Under the pieces are notes generated by a model. It had not been told where the DNA came from, made no database searches, and was given only the letters and a program-made list of their open reading frames with translations. Below are positions 51,591-64,000 of a DNA stretch of 64,000 nucleotides, in pieces. Source of the stretch: Selaginella moellendorffii (Eukaryota; Plantae; Lycopodiophyta). The position numbers and the translations under genes are program-made. Location: assembly GCF_000143415.4 (NCBI RefSeq), contig NW_003314336.1, forward strand, positions 485,296 to 549,295, in the 5' to 3' direction. Every line of letters starts with the position of its first letter. Position 1 is the stretch's first letter.

Positions 51591-52306
51591 CAGTTTTGAT
51601 GTGCCAACAAGCCTTCGAGAAACGCATGATACCATGTTCTGATCTGGGATACTTGTGTTTGGTCATTACCTGCGGAGTATTTTCTTTCCAATCACAATGG
51701 TGAGGATTCTAAATTAAAAAGCCCACACACTTGGAGATTTTATCTCAACTTCGATTTGAACTAAGCTACACGCATTATAGCATTCACTTTGAGATTGAGT
51801 TTTGGCAAGCAATTTGTGATTATAAGTTCGGTCTACAGTTTTTCCAAGGAGGCTTGACACAAAAGATAGCATTGAGGAGCATCTAGCACATACCTACTTA
51901 CCTTCACCTGAATATCAATGGCACCTTTGGTAGCAAGTCGTAGATGGCGTTACAAAATCAGATTCACAATCCACCCCGGATATGATGTAATTCCAATCCG
52001 ACCCTCAGCGATCTGTCCGTAAAAGCTCAAAGATAAGGGTTTCGCTTCATCAAAACCAAAGAAGAAGAAAGAAACGAAGAACATCGAGAGGAACGTATGT
52101 TGCAAACAAAGCCAACGTAATGTAGTGACAAAGATCGACTGACTGAAAAGTATTAGGACAAACACTATTTGTGATAAGAAATGCATGGAGGCAGACCCTC
52201 TATTGACTTTCTTGCATAAATACAAAGATGTCAATTGTAAAATCGTGCAGGAGGAAGCTATCTCTTACTATAAGTAGATTGCACACACTGGTGTGTAAAA
52301 TTACCC

Positions 52307-53805
52307 ATGGCAAGTATTATAGCTCTGTTCTTGCTTACACTGTCTTTCGGTCTTCTGTGGAGGATTCTAACGAAAATTGTTGATCGAAGCCTTCCTCCAG
52401 GCCCGCCTAGAGTGCCGCTTCTGGGTCACTTGCATTTGCTGGGTGTTCTTCCTCACAAATCTCTCTCGGATCACTCAAGTAGATATGGCCCCGTCATGTT
52501 GCTCTGGTTTGGGTTTGCTCCAACGCTTGTGGTCTCTTCCCCAGATGCTGCAAGAGAAGTTCTGTGCACTCAAGATCTTGCCTTTGCTAAAGATATCTTT
52601 AGCCAAGTACATGTTCTACAATGATAAGGACTTGGCATGGACCAGCTATGGTCCCTATTGGAGATTGATGAGGAAGGTCACCACTGTGTCACCACTGTGG
52701 AACTCTTCACTGCAAAAAGGCTCGAGGAATCCAGAATGGTGAGGCACACGCAAGTGTCGAAGCTCATTGACTTTATAGTCAATAATGGTCAAAACGGGAA
52801 GCCTCCATCAACATGAAATTCCTTTTCTCCATCAACCTCAATGTTGTGAGCTCGATCACGTTTGGGAGAGAATGTCACACTGGATTTCTGGAGCTGATCG
52901 AAGAAGTAATGCAGCTGATGGGCTCGTTTGTGTTGGGCGACTACTTTCCGTGGCTTGGCAGCCCCGCGATCCGAAAGATGATCTCGGTTCACACGAAACT
53001 GGACCAGCTTTTGCAAGAGATCGTGGACGAGCACAAGTCTAAATTCAAGTCATCAGAGCGTGCGCGTGACTTTGTTGACGTTCTTTTGTCATTGGAAGAC
53101 CAAGGAGAAATTGACGTTCAATGCGTGAAAGCAATGGTCATGGTAAGTTTAATTTCCTTTGGTATGCTAACCTTATTTTCTCTTCGCAAGGGCATGATGC
53201 TTGCTGGTACTGAAACTTCGGCCATCACTACCGAGTGGGCACTTTCAGAGCTCATGAACAGTCCAACATGTATGATCAAAGCCCAAAAAGAGATTGACAC
53301 AATTGTGGGCCGTGAGCGGATGGTGGTGGAAGCCGATCTTTGCAAGCTTAGCTACATCCACAATGTTGTCAACGAAGTGTTTCGCTTGCATCCGCCAGCG
53401 CCATTGCTACTCTCTCGCCATTCAACGCAACACTGCCTAGTCAACGGCTACAAGATCCCCAAGAACTCGCGAGTTTTGGTCAACGTATGGTCAATTGCAC
53501 GAGATGCAAGCTTGTGGGAGTCTCCCAATCTCTTCAAGCCGGATAGATTTGCGGAGAGCTCGATCAGCTTCAAGGGGAAGAACTTTGAGCTGCTGCCTTT
53601 TGGATCTGGTCGAAGGATCTGTCCCGGATTGTCTCTTGGCGTAGCCATGGTTTCGTACACTTGCTCGTCTCGTCCATGGGTTCGAGTGGAAGGTCAGTGG
53701 CAAGGAGCTGAGCATGGACGAATCTCGGAAGGAGTGGCGGTTAGACGAAAGGTTCCACTTGAAGTTTTTGCAACACCAAGGCTTGCAAGCCATGCCTACC
53801 TGTAA
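52307..53805 (+). pseudogene. CYP71-clan P450 copy E, frameshifted
   Basis: Full length, but frameshifts near 52590, 52690, 52805 and 53660-53720. Confidence 0.88.
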
Positions 53806-53849
53806 TGAAGTTATCTTAGAAACTAGCAAGCTGAATGGACGGACATACC

Positions 53850-56160
53850 GCATTCTCTAATCTTCAGAAACATCCTCTTGAGCAGCCTGGCTTCTCTGGA
53901 GACCGTGTTGGAGTTCTGGCCCCCGCGGGGACTCTCCACGGATGTGTAGACAATCTTGCCTTGGCTGTCCGCAGCATCAAGAAAGTCGTCTATGTCGGCG
54001 TATGTCGCATCGTTCAACTGTATCACGCAAGCTTGAGATTAGATTTCATGAATCTGTGCCTCGTCTTTTGTTGCTTACCACGATCACAAGGCTATCGACC
54101 AATGCAAGAAAGCAACGCTTCGCATAAAACTACGTGTCTGCTTCCAGCTTTTTCCCATAAGGCTCCAGACTTCTGATGATATGGCTAATACCGAACTCGA
54201 AGTTTTTTTTTGCGCAGTAGAGGGTACCGATCACAAGGTTTACAATGCATAAATGCAATTCCTGCTTGTCTGGATTCTAGAAAAGGAACACGGAATTAAA
54301 ACCACTAGTAGCCGCTTAAGTTATATATAAATGGCAAACCTCGTAGTGCGCTCTCTCTTCCTCTTCTTCAATCTTTCGCATCAAATCTTCGGCCACCTCA
54401 TTCTGCTAAAGACCAATATATTACAAGAATATATTGTAATCGCCAGAAAAGCTTTGTAATTGCCATGATGATAGGTATATAATACTATAGAAGAGCCGAT
54501 GCTCGAAAAGCAAAAGACAAAACATTACGAACATCTTACTTCAAGAGAGTCTTCATACTCTGCCAAAGCCTTCTTGTGGCCCTCCTGATCGCGAGAAAGA
54601 CAAGAATCCTGGATTTGTTTGGTGAGCCTGCGCATGGTTTCACTATAACGATTTGCCAGCTCATTCATCTTTTGATATGCATCCTGTCCGACAGTCAAGC
54701 TTAGCTCAACAACATAGCAACTAACAATAATTGAATAACCTCCGGTGACGTCTTTGTCAAAATGATGCAGTTAATAAAGTCGTAGAGGTCCTGCATAATA
54801 TTAGATGTAAAAAGACTAATGCTTGTGAAGTTTATGTGCTTCAAGCGTACCTGAGATGGATACTTGAAGATAACTTCCACATGCTCTGCCATTACATCAG
54901 CTGCAAGATCGTAGAATCCATGGGAAGGTTTACAATACAGCAGAAGTAGATTAGCCAATGTCTCTGAAGGAAATGGAGGATTCTATAGCGAGTGGTCAGA
55001 ATAATCATAAAAGAATGAAAATGACTACCTGCAACAAAAAATTAAGTTTACGGAAGCCTGCAGTAGGATCAACTTCCATATTCATCAGGGCTTGATTGTG
55101 AAGCGTGACCTGAGGAAAGGAAAAACAAAAATAAACAACTTTCTGATAGCGGAAGTATCAGAAAGTACTGAGCCTAACTCTTCTTCTGCACGTGGTGGCA
55201 TGTCAGTGAGGTTTTCCTTTGCGGCCCCCAAATTTCCATTAACGTAGTCAATGGCAGCCTAAACAAAGAACCAAATCAAGCGAGTCAAAAAGAATTGATC
55301 GGATCTTCAAGTTGAAAGCTTCGACTGATGCAGATTCTTTGAGCGCTGGGCTTTTCCAACGCTACATATCTCAATGCCCTCTACGTGGCTTTAAAAGCAG
55401 AAAATGTATAGTCTAGAATTTGGAGAAATTTGTTTTATATATAGCCATTTCTTTTATATGGTTGGCTTCAGGTTTAAAGGTTAGTATTTGAGTTGATAAA
55501 TACTTGGCATTAAAAAGATTACAGGGACAAAGAGTGATGAGCTGTTACATTGCATCAATTATTGCTCTCATGCTTCTAGCATACTTCAGATGCTTGCTTC
55601 TAGTGGGGACACTATCTAGATGTTTTTGGTTTCTGACATAGTGTCCACCAGTGGAGGCATAGACCATTGGCTTTTAGATACACGTGAGTTTAGGTGTGTG
55701 TCCACTTTCTGATTTGTCCACTCTACTGGCTATTGGTGGTCATGTTTTGCTATGTGTCTTGCTTGCTATTTCTCTCATGTATCATGTGGTGAGCTTCAAG
55801 ACCCTCTCACCCATGAGAGATGCAAAAGCAACTAATGTGTTGACAAAGAGCATACCTACCAATGCTGAGTTCTATGTGTCTTGCTTGCTATTTCTCTCAT
55901 GTATCATGTGGTGAGCTTCAAGAGCCTCTCACGCATGAGAGATGCAAAAGCAACTAATGTGGTGACAAAGAGCATACCTACCAATGCTGAGTTCGGGATA
56001 TTGTCGCACGCCATGTTCCAGAATTTCTGCAAGAACACTAAGAGCTGCAAACTATCGTAAAGAAAATTCGTTCATTGATTGTCCAAGAATAACATTACCT
56101 GGACCGTAATGCTTTAGACGGTAAAGACAAACAGCTCTGTTGCAGGCCAGCTCAAGCTGT
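53850..56160 (-). pseudogene. IFT70: IFT70 pseudogene copy 3, with an internal deletion and a ~450-bp foreign insert in an intron (~55420-55870)
   Basis: Same motifs as copy 1; stop codon mutated to TGC; the exons for ERIF...MTSQ are missing. Confidence 0.85.
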
Positions 56161-56783
56161 GCCCGTTTTGATGTGCCAACAAGCCTTCGAGGAACGCATG
56201 ATACCATGTTCTGATCTGGGATACTTGTGTTTGGTCATTACCTGCGGAGTATTTTCTTGCCAATCACAATGGTGAGGATTCTAAATTCAAAAGCCCACAC
56301 ACTTGGAGATTTTATCTCAACTTCGATTCAAACTAAGCTACACGCATTATAGCATTCACTTTGAGATTGAGCTTGACACAAAAAATAGCATTGAGGAGCA
56401 TCTAGCACATACCTACCTACCTTCACCTGAATATCAATGACACCTTTATGACACCTTTTGTAGCAAGTCGTAGATGGCGTTACAAAATCAGATTCACAAT
56501 TCACCCTGGATATAATGTAATTACCATCGTAAAAGCTCAAAGATAAGGGTTTCGATTCATCAAAACCAAAGAAGAAGAAAGAAAAGAAGAACATCGAGAG
56601 GAACGTACGTTGCAACCAATGCCAACGTAATGTAGTGACAAATATCGTATCCTTTAACCTTAAACCATAACTGACTGAAAAGTATTTGAGGACGAGAAGA
56701 ATAAACAGATAAGAAATGCATGGAGGTAAAGAAGCTATCTCTTACTATAAGTACATTGCACACACTGGTGTGTAAAATTATCC

Positions 56784-58295
56784 ATGGCAAGTATTGTAGC
56801 TCTGTTCTTGCTTACACTGTCTTTTGGTCTCCTATGGAGGATTCTAACGAAAATTGTTGATCGAAGCCTTCCTCCAGGCCCGCCTAGAGTGCCGCTTCTG
56901 GGTCACTTGCATTTGCTGGGTGTTCTTCCTCACAAATCTCTCTCAGATCTCTCACGTAGATATGGCCCCGTCATGTTGCTCTGGTTTGGTTTTGCTCCAA
57001 CGCTTGTGGTCTCTTCCCCAGATGCTGCAAGAGAAGTTCTGTGCACTCAAGATCTTGCCTTTGCTTCAAGGCCAAAGATATCTATAGCCAAGTACATGTT
57101 CTACAATGGTAAGGACTTGGCATGGACCAGCTATGGTCCCTATTGGAAATTGATGAGGAAGGTCACCACTGTGGAACTCTTCACTGCAAAAAGGCTCGAG
57201 GAATCCAGAATGGTGAGGCACACGCAAGTTTCGAAGCTCATTGACTTTATAGTCAATAATGGTCAAAACGGGAAAGCCTCAATCAACATGAAAGTCCTTT
57301 TGTCCATCCTCAACCTCAATGTTGTGAGCTCGATCACGTTTGGGAGAGAATTTCACGCTGGCTCTGTGGAGCTGATCGAAGAAGTACTGCGGCTGATGGG
57401 CTCGTTTGTGTTGGGCGACTACTTTCCATTCCTCTCGTGGCTTGGCAGCCCCGCGATCCGAAAGATGATCTCGGCTCACACGAAACTGGACCAGCTTTTG
57501 CAAGAGATCGTGGACGAGCACAAGTCTAAAGTCAAGTCATCAGAGCGTGCGCGTGACTTTGTTGACGTGCTTTCGTCATTGGAAGACCAAGGAGAAATTG
57601 ACGTTCAATGCATGAAAGCAGTGATCATGGTAAGTTTAATTTCCTTTGGTATGCTAACCTTATTTTCTCTTCACAAGGACATGATCGTTGCCGGTACTGA
57701 AACTTCGTCCATCACCACCGAGTGGGCACTTTCAGAGCTCATGAACAGTCCAACATGTATGATCAAAGCCCAAAAAGAGATTGACACAATTGTGGGCCGT
57801 GAGCGGATGGTGGTGGAAGCCGATCTTTGCAAGCTTAGCTACATCCACAATGTTGTCAACGAAGTGTTCCGCTTGCATCCGCCAGGGCCAATGCTACTCC
57901 CTCGCCATTCAACGCAAGACTGCCTAGTCAACGGCTACAAGATCCCCAAGAACTCGCGAGTTTTGGTCAACGTATGGTCAATTGCACGAGATCCAAGCTT
58001 GTGGGAGTCTCCCAATCTCTTCAAGCCGGATAGATTTGTGGAGAGCTCGATCAGCTTCAAGGGGAAGAACTTTGAGCTGCTGCCTTTTGGATCTGGTCGA
58101 AGGATCTGTCCCGGATTGTCTCTTGGCGTAGCCATGGTTTCGTACACTCTTGCTTGCCTCGTCCATGGGTTCAAGTGGAAGGTCAGTGGCAAGGAGCTGA
58201 GCATGGACGAGATCTCGGATGGAGTGTCGGTGAGACGAAAGGTTCCACTTGAAGTTTTTGCAACACCAAGGCTTGCAAGCCATGCCTACCTGTAA
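56784..58295 (+). CDS. Cytochrome P450, CYP71 clan, copy F, intact; 48-nt intron 57630-57677
   Basis: All P450 motifs present; no disablements. Confidence 0.93.
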   Translation: MASIVALFLLTLSFGLLWRILTKIVDRSLPPGPPRVPLLGHLHLLGVLPHKSLSDLSRRYGPVMLLWFGFAPTLVVSSPDAAREVLCTQDLAFASRPKISIAKYMFYNGKDLAWTSYGPYWKLMRKVTTVELFTAKRLEESRMVRHTQVSKLIDFIVNNGQNGKASINMKVLLSILNLNVVSSITFGREFHAGSVELIEEVLRLMGSFVLGDYFPFLSWLGSPAIRKMISAHTKLDQLLQEIVDEHKSKVKSSERARDFVDVLSSLEDQGEIDVQCMKAVIMVSLISFGMLTLFSLHKDMIVAGTETSSITTEWALSELMNSPTCMIKAQKEIDTIVGRERMVVEADLCKLSYIHNVVNEVFRLHPPGPMLLPRHSTQDCLVNGYKIPKNSRVLVNVWSIARDPSLWESPNLFKPDRFVESSISFKGKNFELLPFGSGRRICPGLSLGVAMVSYTLACLVHGFKWKVSGKELSMDEISDGVSVRRKVPLEVFATPRLASHAYL

Positions 58296-58339
58296 TGAAG
58301 TTATCTTAGGAACTAGCAAACTGAATGGACGGACATACC

Positions 58340-58604
58340 TCATTCTCTAATCTTCAGAAACATCCTCTTGAGCAGCCTGGCTTCTCTGGAGACCGTGTTG
58401 GAGTTCTGGCCCTCGCCGGGACTCTCCACGGATGTGTAGACAGTCTTGCCTTGGCTGTTTGCAGCATCAAGAAAGTCGTCTATGTTGGCGTATATTGCGT
58501 CCTTCAACTGCATCACGCGAGCTTGAGATTAGATTTCATGAATCCATGCCTCATCTTTTGTTGTACCACGATCATCTGTTTCGCAAGGCTATCGACCAAT
58601 GCAA
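58340..58604 (-). pseudogene. IFT70: IFT70 3' fragment truncated by a retroelement
   Basis: ALVDSLAKQMIV...EARLLKRMFLKIRE*; homology ends abruptly at 58604. Confidence 0.85.
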
Positions 58605-61600
58605 TGACCCCTCCATCTTTCTTTCGGGAGTATCATCAAGGGGTTCACTCGGCACCGGTTCATCTAGTGTTTACTTTCTAAGCTCATTTTTATAACAAAA
58701 GGTCTCCTATTATTCTCTCCGTGTTAGTTGATATAGGTTCATTTATATTCTATTACTCGACTTATTGCCACACGTTGTCGTCTACACTTGCGTTGTGCAG
58801 TGGACCCAGTTTTCAATCTTTATGGTAACGGCTGTACACATGCATATGCACGAGATGAGGCAGACCTAGTTGTGCGTGTGGGCGATCTTGAGCTTGAGTT
58901 GCAATTGTTGCAGGTGGTGCCGAGTCAAGTTTTTGACCTCATTCTTGGTATGGATTGGTTGCAGTGCAATCATGCTAAGTGTGACTTTGAGGCTTTTCCC
59001 CTTTGTCTCATACTTCCTTATGTTTCATCCATTCCTCTCACTTCCGTACCTCTTCGTCCCTTTACTTCTACCTTTGCTTCCATTACTTTTGTTCCCCCAC
59101 TATTTCCTCTTGTGTTTGCATTTTGTTCTGCTTTTCTCTTTTCTGATCCCTCCGACGATCTTTGTATTGCAGCTGTTGACCGGCTCATGAAGGAGTATTT
59201 TGATCTCTTTGAATTTGACCTATCGGCTGGGGCCAAGATTGCCACATGTCATCTAATTCCAACTGAAGATGCTCATCCAATCAAGGTTCCTATTTGTCGT
59301 CGATCACCCAAGGAGATTAAGATTTTATGTGCAAACATCAAAGAGATGTTGGAAAAGGGTGTTATTCGGAAGTTGCGGAATCCTTGAGCATGTGAACTTC
59401 ATCTTGTGATGAAGCCTGATGGGAGTATTTATTTCTACATCGACTATCGTTTGTTAAATAAAGTGACGATCCCGGATGTGTACCCTTTTCCTCACACTGC
59501 TGATCTCTTGGATCGTCTGGGGCAAAGTCATTAGTTTACCAAGCTAGATCTTGCTTTTGGGTACTGGCAAGTACTGATGGCTAACAAAGATATTCTTAAG
59601 ACTACTTTTCATACACCATTTGGTTTGTACGAGTTCTTGGTGATGCCGTTTGGTTTGAACAATGTTCCAGCAACTTTCCAACTGATGATGGACGAGGTTC
59701 TTTGTGATATGCCAGAGGTGACTGCTAACTTCATTGATGATGTCTTGATTCATTCAGAGGGGACGTGGGAGGAGCACATTTGTGATGTGTGTAAAGTGTT
59801 GGATTGGCTATGGGACATTGGTTTAAAGTTGAAGCGGTCGAAGTGTGTGTTTGGGTCCAAGGACACAACTTATCTTGGGTACCGTATTTTTTGTGAGGGT
59901 TTACAAGTTGATCCTGACAAACTTGTAGCCGTTCTAAAGTTCCCTACTTCGAAGTGTGTGAATGATGTGTAGCGCTTTTTGGGCAAGGTGTAGTATCTCA
60001 GTCGTTTTGTGGATCATCTTTCTGATCGCACTGCACCGTTGTGAGCGTTGCTGAAGTCATCAATGTCATCTTTCATCTGGCCTTCAAATTGTGAGCGGGC
60101 GTTTATCGATCTGACGACTTTTCTAATTTTGGCATATCCTGACTACACTCGACCTTTTATTTTGCACATAGATGCTTTTGATATTGGTTTTGGAGGTGTG
60201 TTAATGCAAGAAAGCCTGAGTGTGCCTAGTTAGCGTCATCCCATTGCATATATAAGCTGTACGTTATAACCAACAGAGGTGAACTACTCCACGACAAAGG
60301 AGTGCTTAGCGGCAATTTGGGGTTTCGAGAAACTTCATACATATTTATATGGTTCTTGGACGTTAGTTGAAGGTGACCATGCTGCCATTATTTCATTATT
60401 GAAGTGGAAGAACCTGGTTGGTCATACTGCTCGGTGGGCTTTGAAGCTTCAGATATATGATTTTGATGTTGTTTATCGCCCAGAGAGTTCTATGATTGAT
60501 GCTGATGCCTTTTTTCGAGCTCCTCTTCCTTCTCCACTCTCTTCTCATATTTCTGATGAGCCTGTTGTTCTAGCATCTGTGGATTTTCTAGACGAGGATT
60601 CTGTGCCATCGGCAGTTGCTATACTTGACGTTCAGTGTCCATAAGGCACAAAACAAGATCTACCTTCTCTTGATGAAGTTCGCAAGGCTCAAAAGATTGA
60701 GCCGTGAATTCAAAGATTTCGAGATGCGTTTGAGAATCCTACATCACTTGCTGATGACTTGCCTTTCCGGCATTTACATTCTTAATATTGCTTTGATGAT
60801 GGCCTTCTTTATTTTGTGGGGATGGATCTTAATGATCATTTACAGCTGGTGGTGCCTTTTGTCTTTATTCTATAGTTTCTCCATGCCTACCATGATTCTC
60901 CTGTTTTAGGTGGGCATATGGGACATCATTGTGTGACTGAGAAGCTGTGCAGGTTTTTCTATTGGCCGGAGATGCAACGTGATATTATCTGGTATGTGCG
61001 TAGCTGCGTTTGGTGCCAAGCTCGTAATACTCCCCATTGTGCTGCAGAAGGACGGTTGGAGTCAATTGCAGTTTCCCGTCTGTTTGGGTTGGTGGCATTT
61101 GATTTTATGGGACCTTTTCCATGATCGACTGTTGACAATGAGTATCTTATTATTGCTTCTGACTACTTGACTCGTTAGGTGGAAGTTGGTGCTCTTGCTA
61201 GCACCTTTGCAACTGTTGTTGGATACTTCCTCCTCAATTGAGTGGTGTTCCAGCATTCTTGTCTAGAGCGGATTCTTTCGGATAATGGTTCTGCATTTAT
61301 GGGTGAGGCATTTCATATTTTGACATCTCGGTTGAGGATATGCCACACTTTCACGAGTGCTTATCATCCACAATTAGACGGTCTTGTGGAACAACTTGTT
61401 CGGACATTCAAAGGGATGATTGTGAAGTATGTGAACTTTCAGCATTCGGATTAGGATGGTTATTTGCCATCTCTTCGGTATGCCTATGTCACAGGGGTGC
61501 AAAGTTCTATTGGTGCTTCACCATATAAACTTCTATATGGTCATGATCCAATATTACCAACGGAGCTGGGTTTACCTTTGCGATTGCCATGAGCTCCTGA

Positions 61601-62234
61601 TGCTAGGTCGTGAGATCAATATTTGACGAGCATTCTTCCACTTGTCTGAGTAGAGTTTACCGAACACTTAAGCCGCATACAAGTGGGACAACAACGGCGC
61701 TACAACTCCCATCATCGTCCACCTACAGAGTACAAAATGGATGATTTGGTGTTAGTCCATTTTCCCCATCTTACGATACGTGGTTTATCTAAGGGGCTCC
61801 TTACACAGTGGAAAGGACTGTATCAGGTGTTGCAACAAGTTGGACCACAAGTTTATGAGGTTTGGCATGACGTCCAATAGGCCGATCCTCCAGAGATTAT
61901 GCATGTGCAATGGTTAAAACACTTCATACAAAGGGATCAGGAACAGTTAATACCATCTACAAACCCACCGATGCCTCATCTTGACGTTCCTCTAGATCCC
62001 GGCCCGTCTACAAAAGAACCCTAATAGCCTTCCATTATTCCGAGAGGAGGGGATGATGTGAGGGTTAAGTGTACGGCTACGATGCCGTATACTAATATTA
62101 GCGTAGTGGGATTTTGGTAGCTGTTGGATTAGTTTCAATTCGGACCATTTGCTCCTATATATAAACTAGGGTTTTTGGGCTAATTGATATGCACATTTCT
62201 GTATTCCTTTTCCATATTCCATGCACTCACACTA

Positions 62235-62294
<60 letters not shown>

Positions 62295-62296
62295 CA
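58605..62296 (+). mobile_element. 5'-truncated, decayed Ty3/gypsy LTR retrotransposon (PR-RT-RH-INT, PPT, 3' LTR 62057-62296)
   Basis: LILGMDWL (protease), YPFP/MPFGL/FIDDVLI (RT), DAFDIGFGGVL/NYSTTKECLA (RNase H), GH..CxxC, DFMGPF, SDNG, SAYHPQLDG (integrase); PPT GAGAGGAGGGGA at 62042; LTR ends TGTGA...TCACA. Confidence 0.92.
62237..62290 (+). repeat. (TA)n microsatellite inside the LTR
   Basis: Direct reading, ~27 units. Confidence 0.95.
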
Positions 62297-62299
62297 ATA

Positions 62300-63205
62300 A
62301 TATTAAAATTTTAGATAATTTATAGTTCTTCTAGTAAAAGTTATAATTAATTAGATCTTCTAAAGGTTTAGAGCATAACTTCTGTCCATATTGTCATTAA
62401 GAGGTATACTCCTCACCATAATTATCATGATTAAGAAGTATATAAGTTTTTTAATTGAGCTTTTATCATACCAAGTTATTTATAATATACCAAACTAAGT
62501 TTTCTATACTGATAAACCTTTAAAATAAAAGAAACTCATATACATATGATTTTTTCTTTATATACTTAGTTTTTGTATATAATATTTGTTCTTCATTAAG
62601 TGTTGAAGTTATTGATGCAATAGCTCAATATCAAGCAATCTTTTCCATCAACTCATCATCATGAGATAAACGGCTTGGTAGAGCACTTTAATAAAATGTT
62701 CAAAGGAATGATTGAAGTATATAGATCCACAATAGATGGTTGCCATATCTACAATTTACTTATATATCAGTTCCATACAAATCTATTAGCATATTTCCAT
62801 TTGATATGTTATTTAGGTGGGAGCCTATTTATGTTCTAGTATGGGTTTGATGCCAATCACTCCATGCTATCTCGAGTGGAGAGCGAGAGCATAGTTGGAG
62901 TATTTGGATTGTATTCTACTAATATTATATGCATAATGTTTAAAATCTTTTGCAAGAGCAGAAAAGTACTGAAGGCATTTTTATGATGTATGGCATAACT
63001 TCAATACAATATCTAGTGTTAATAAAGTTTCTTAATCTTGGGGATCAGTGTCATGTAGCTAATTTAACTTCTGTAGTTTGTGAAACTCAAACAATTAAAT
63101 TGTGAATCCAAAGGCTTTGTGATATGTTTAAGAATTAACAATGGGATTCACAATATGTAGCACATATTTCTTGGATTCAACCTGATGATAGTTAAGGGGG
63201 GAGTA
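62300..63205 (+). mobile_element. Older, highly decayed gypsy integrase relic of a related family, with a PPT-like tract
   Basis: LNIKQSFPSTHHHEINGLVEHFNKMFKGMI (~62625-62713) parallels LRICHTFTSAYHPQLDGLVEQLVRTFKGMI of the younger element; AAGGGGGGAG near 63195. Confidence 0.6.
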
Positions 63206-63209
63206 ATAT

Positions 63210-64000
63210 GAGGTCTCTATGTATAGAATATGTATATACCATATATTTTAGAAGGATAATATTCTAGACTAACTAGCTTCATTGTCCAATATTTTGATAT
63301 ATGTTGTACATAAGTTTTAACTACAAAGCTTCTGAAAGGGTGACCTACATTACAGACAACACAAAGATGGGAGATAATTAAAATATATTTCCCATGCTTA
63401 ACATAATAGGCTCCCACTTATGGGTGAGTCATCTCTCATTGAAATTCTTCTATAAGAGAGTCATCATCTGATGATTGCTTCAAGGATCTCAACTGTAATT
63501 CATTCTTGGGCCTCCAAACCAAGAGCTTTGATGTTGTGATGTGCACTATAAGCAAGTATAGAAGAAATTCTTAGGATTTTTCACCCAAGAGTGTATTGTG
63601 AGCTTCAATTGTTCTATGACAAGGCAATTTCAATATAGAGGGATTAAGCTCCACTACTCTAGATTCTTGTAGCCAAAGATGATTCTTGGAATGGTTAATT
63701 ACTAGAGTGATGGGGAAGGTCCTTTTGGAATATATTGCCACACATGAGTTCTCGAATGAATATATAGTGACAAACTTGGAAAATGTATAGAACTTATTGA
63801 CCTTAGTGTGATTGTGATCAGTAAGAACTTACATCTGGCTGGCTCAATTTAGATTTTGTGCCTATGTAGAGAGAGCAATCATGAAGCCAAATGCCATTTT
63901 CCCTTAGCTAAAAACTTAAACACAGATTGTATTAGTACCTTTGATTACAAATGAATTAAAGAAAAGTTTAAGAGCAGTAAATGATTAATTAACTTACATT
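63210..64000 (-). mobile_element. Possible further decayed retroelement pol relic
   Basis: Minus-strand VLTDH and GH....KT....SKYW resemble RNase H and integrase zinc-finger pieces; very degenerate. Confidence 0.3.

Noticed and set aside
43044-56160. A functional IFT70 gene
   Set aside because: Every copy lacks the N-terminal region and has deletions, frameshifts or stops

Overview
Eukaryotic, very gene-dense plant genomic DNA with ~50-nt introns, PLS-type PPR genes and relics of a flagellar IFT70 gene. This combination points to a lycophyte, most likely Selaginella (inference). 1-23.4 kb is a compact block of intact genes: VAMP72 R-SNARE, an unannotated 43-aa micro-protein gene, an NT-C2 coiled-coil protein, an F-box/kelch protein with a spliced 75-aa uORF, importin-beta1, a PLS-E PPR protein, diaminopimelate decarboxylase and an IRK/PXC2-like LRR-RLK. 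24.3-34.6 kb is a ~3.2-kb tandem triplication carrying three intact but highly atypical Dof zinc-finger genes, embedded in scrambled PPR fragments (some forming miRNA-like hairpins) and a foldback/MITE. 34.8-38.2 kb encodes a PICC-like tail-anchored coiled-coil protein. 39-58.6 kb is a tandem/inverted array of six CYP71-clan P450 copies (3 intact, 3 broken), each co-duplicated tail-to-tail with fragments of the ciliary gene IFT70/TTC30. 58.6-64 kb holds decayed Ty3/gypsy retrotransposons. All exon boundaries were read by eye.
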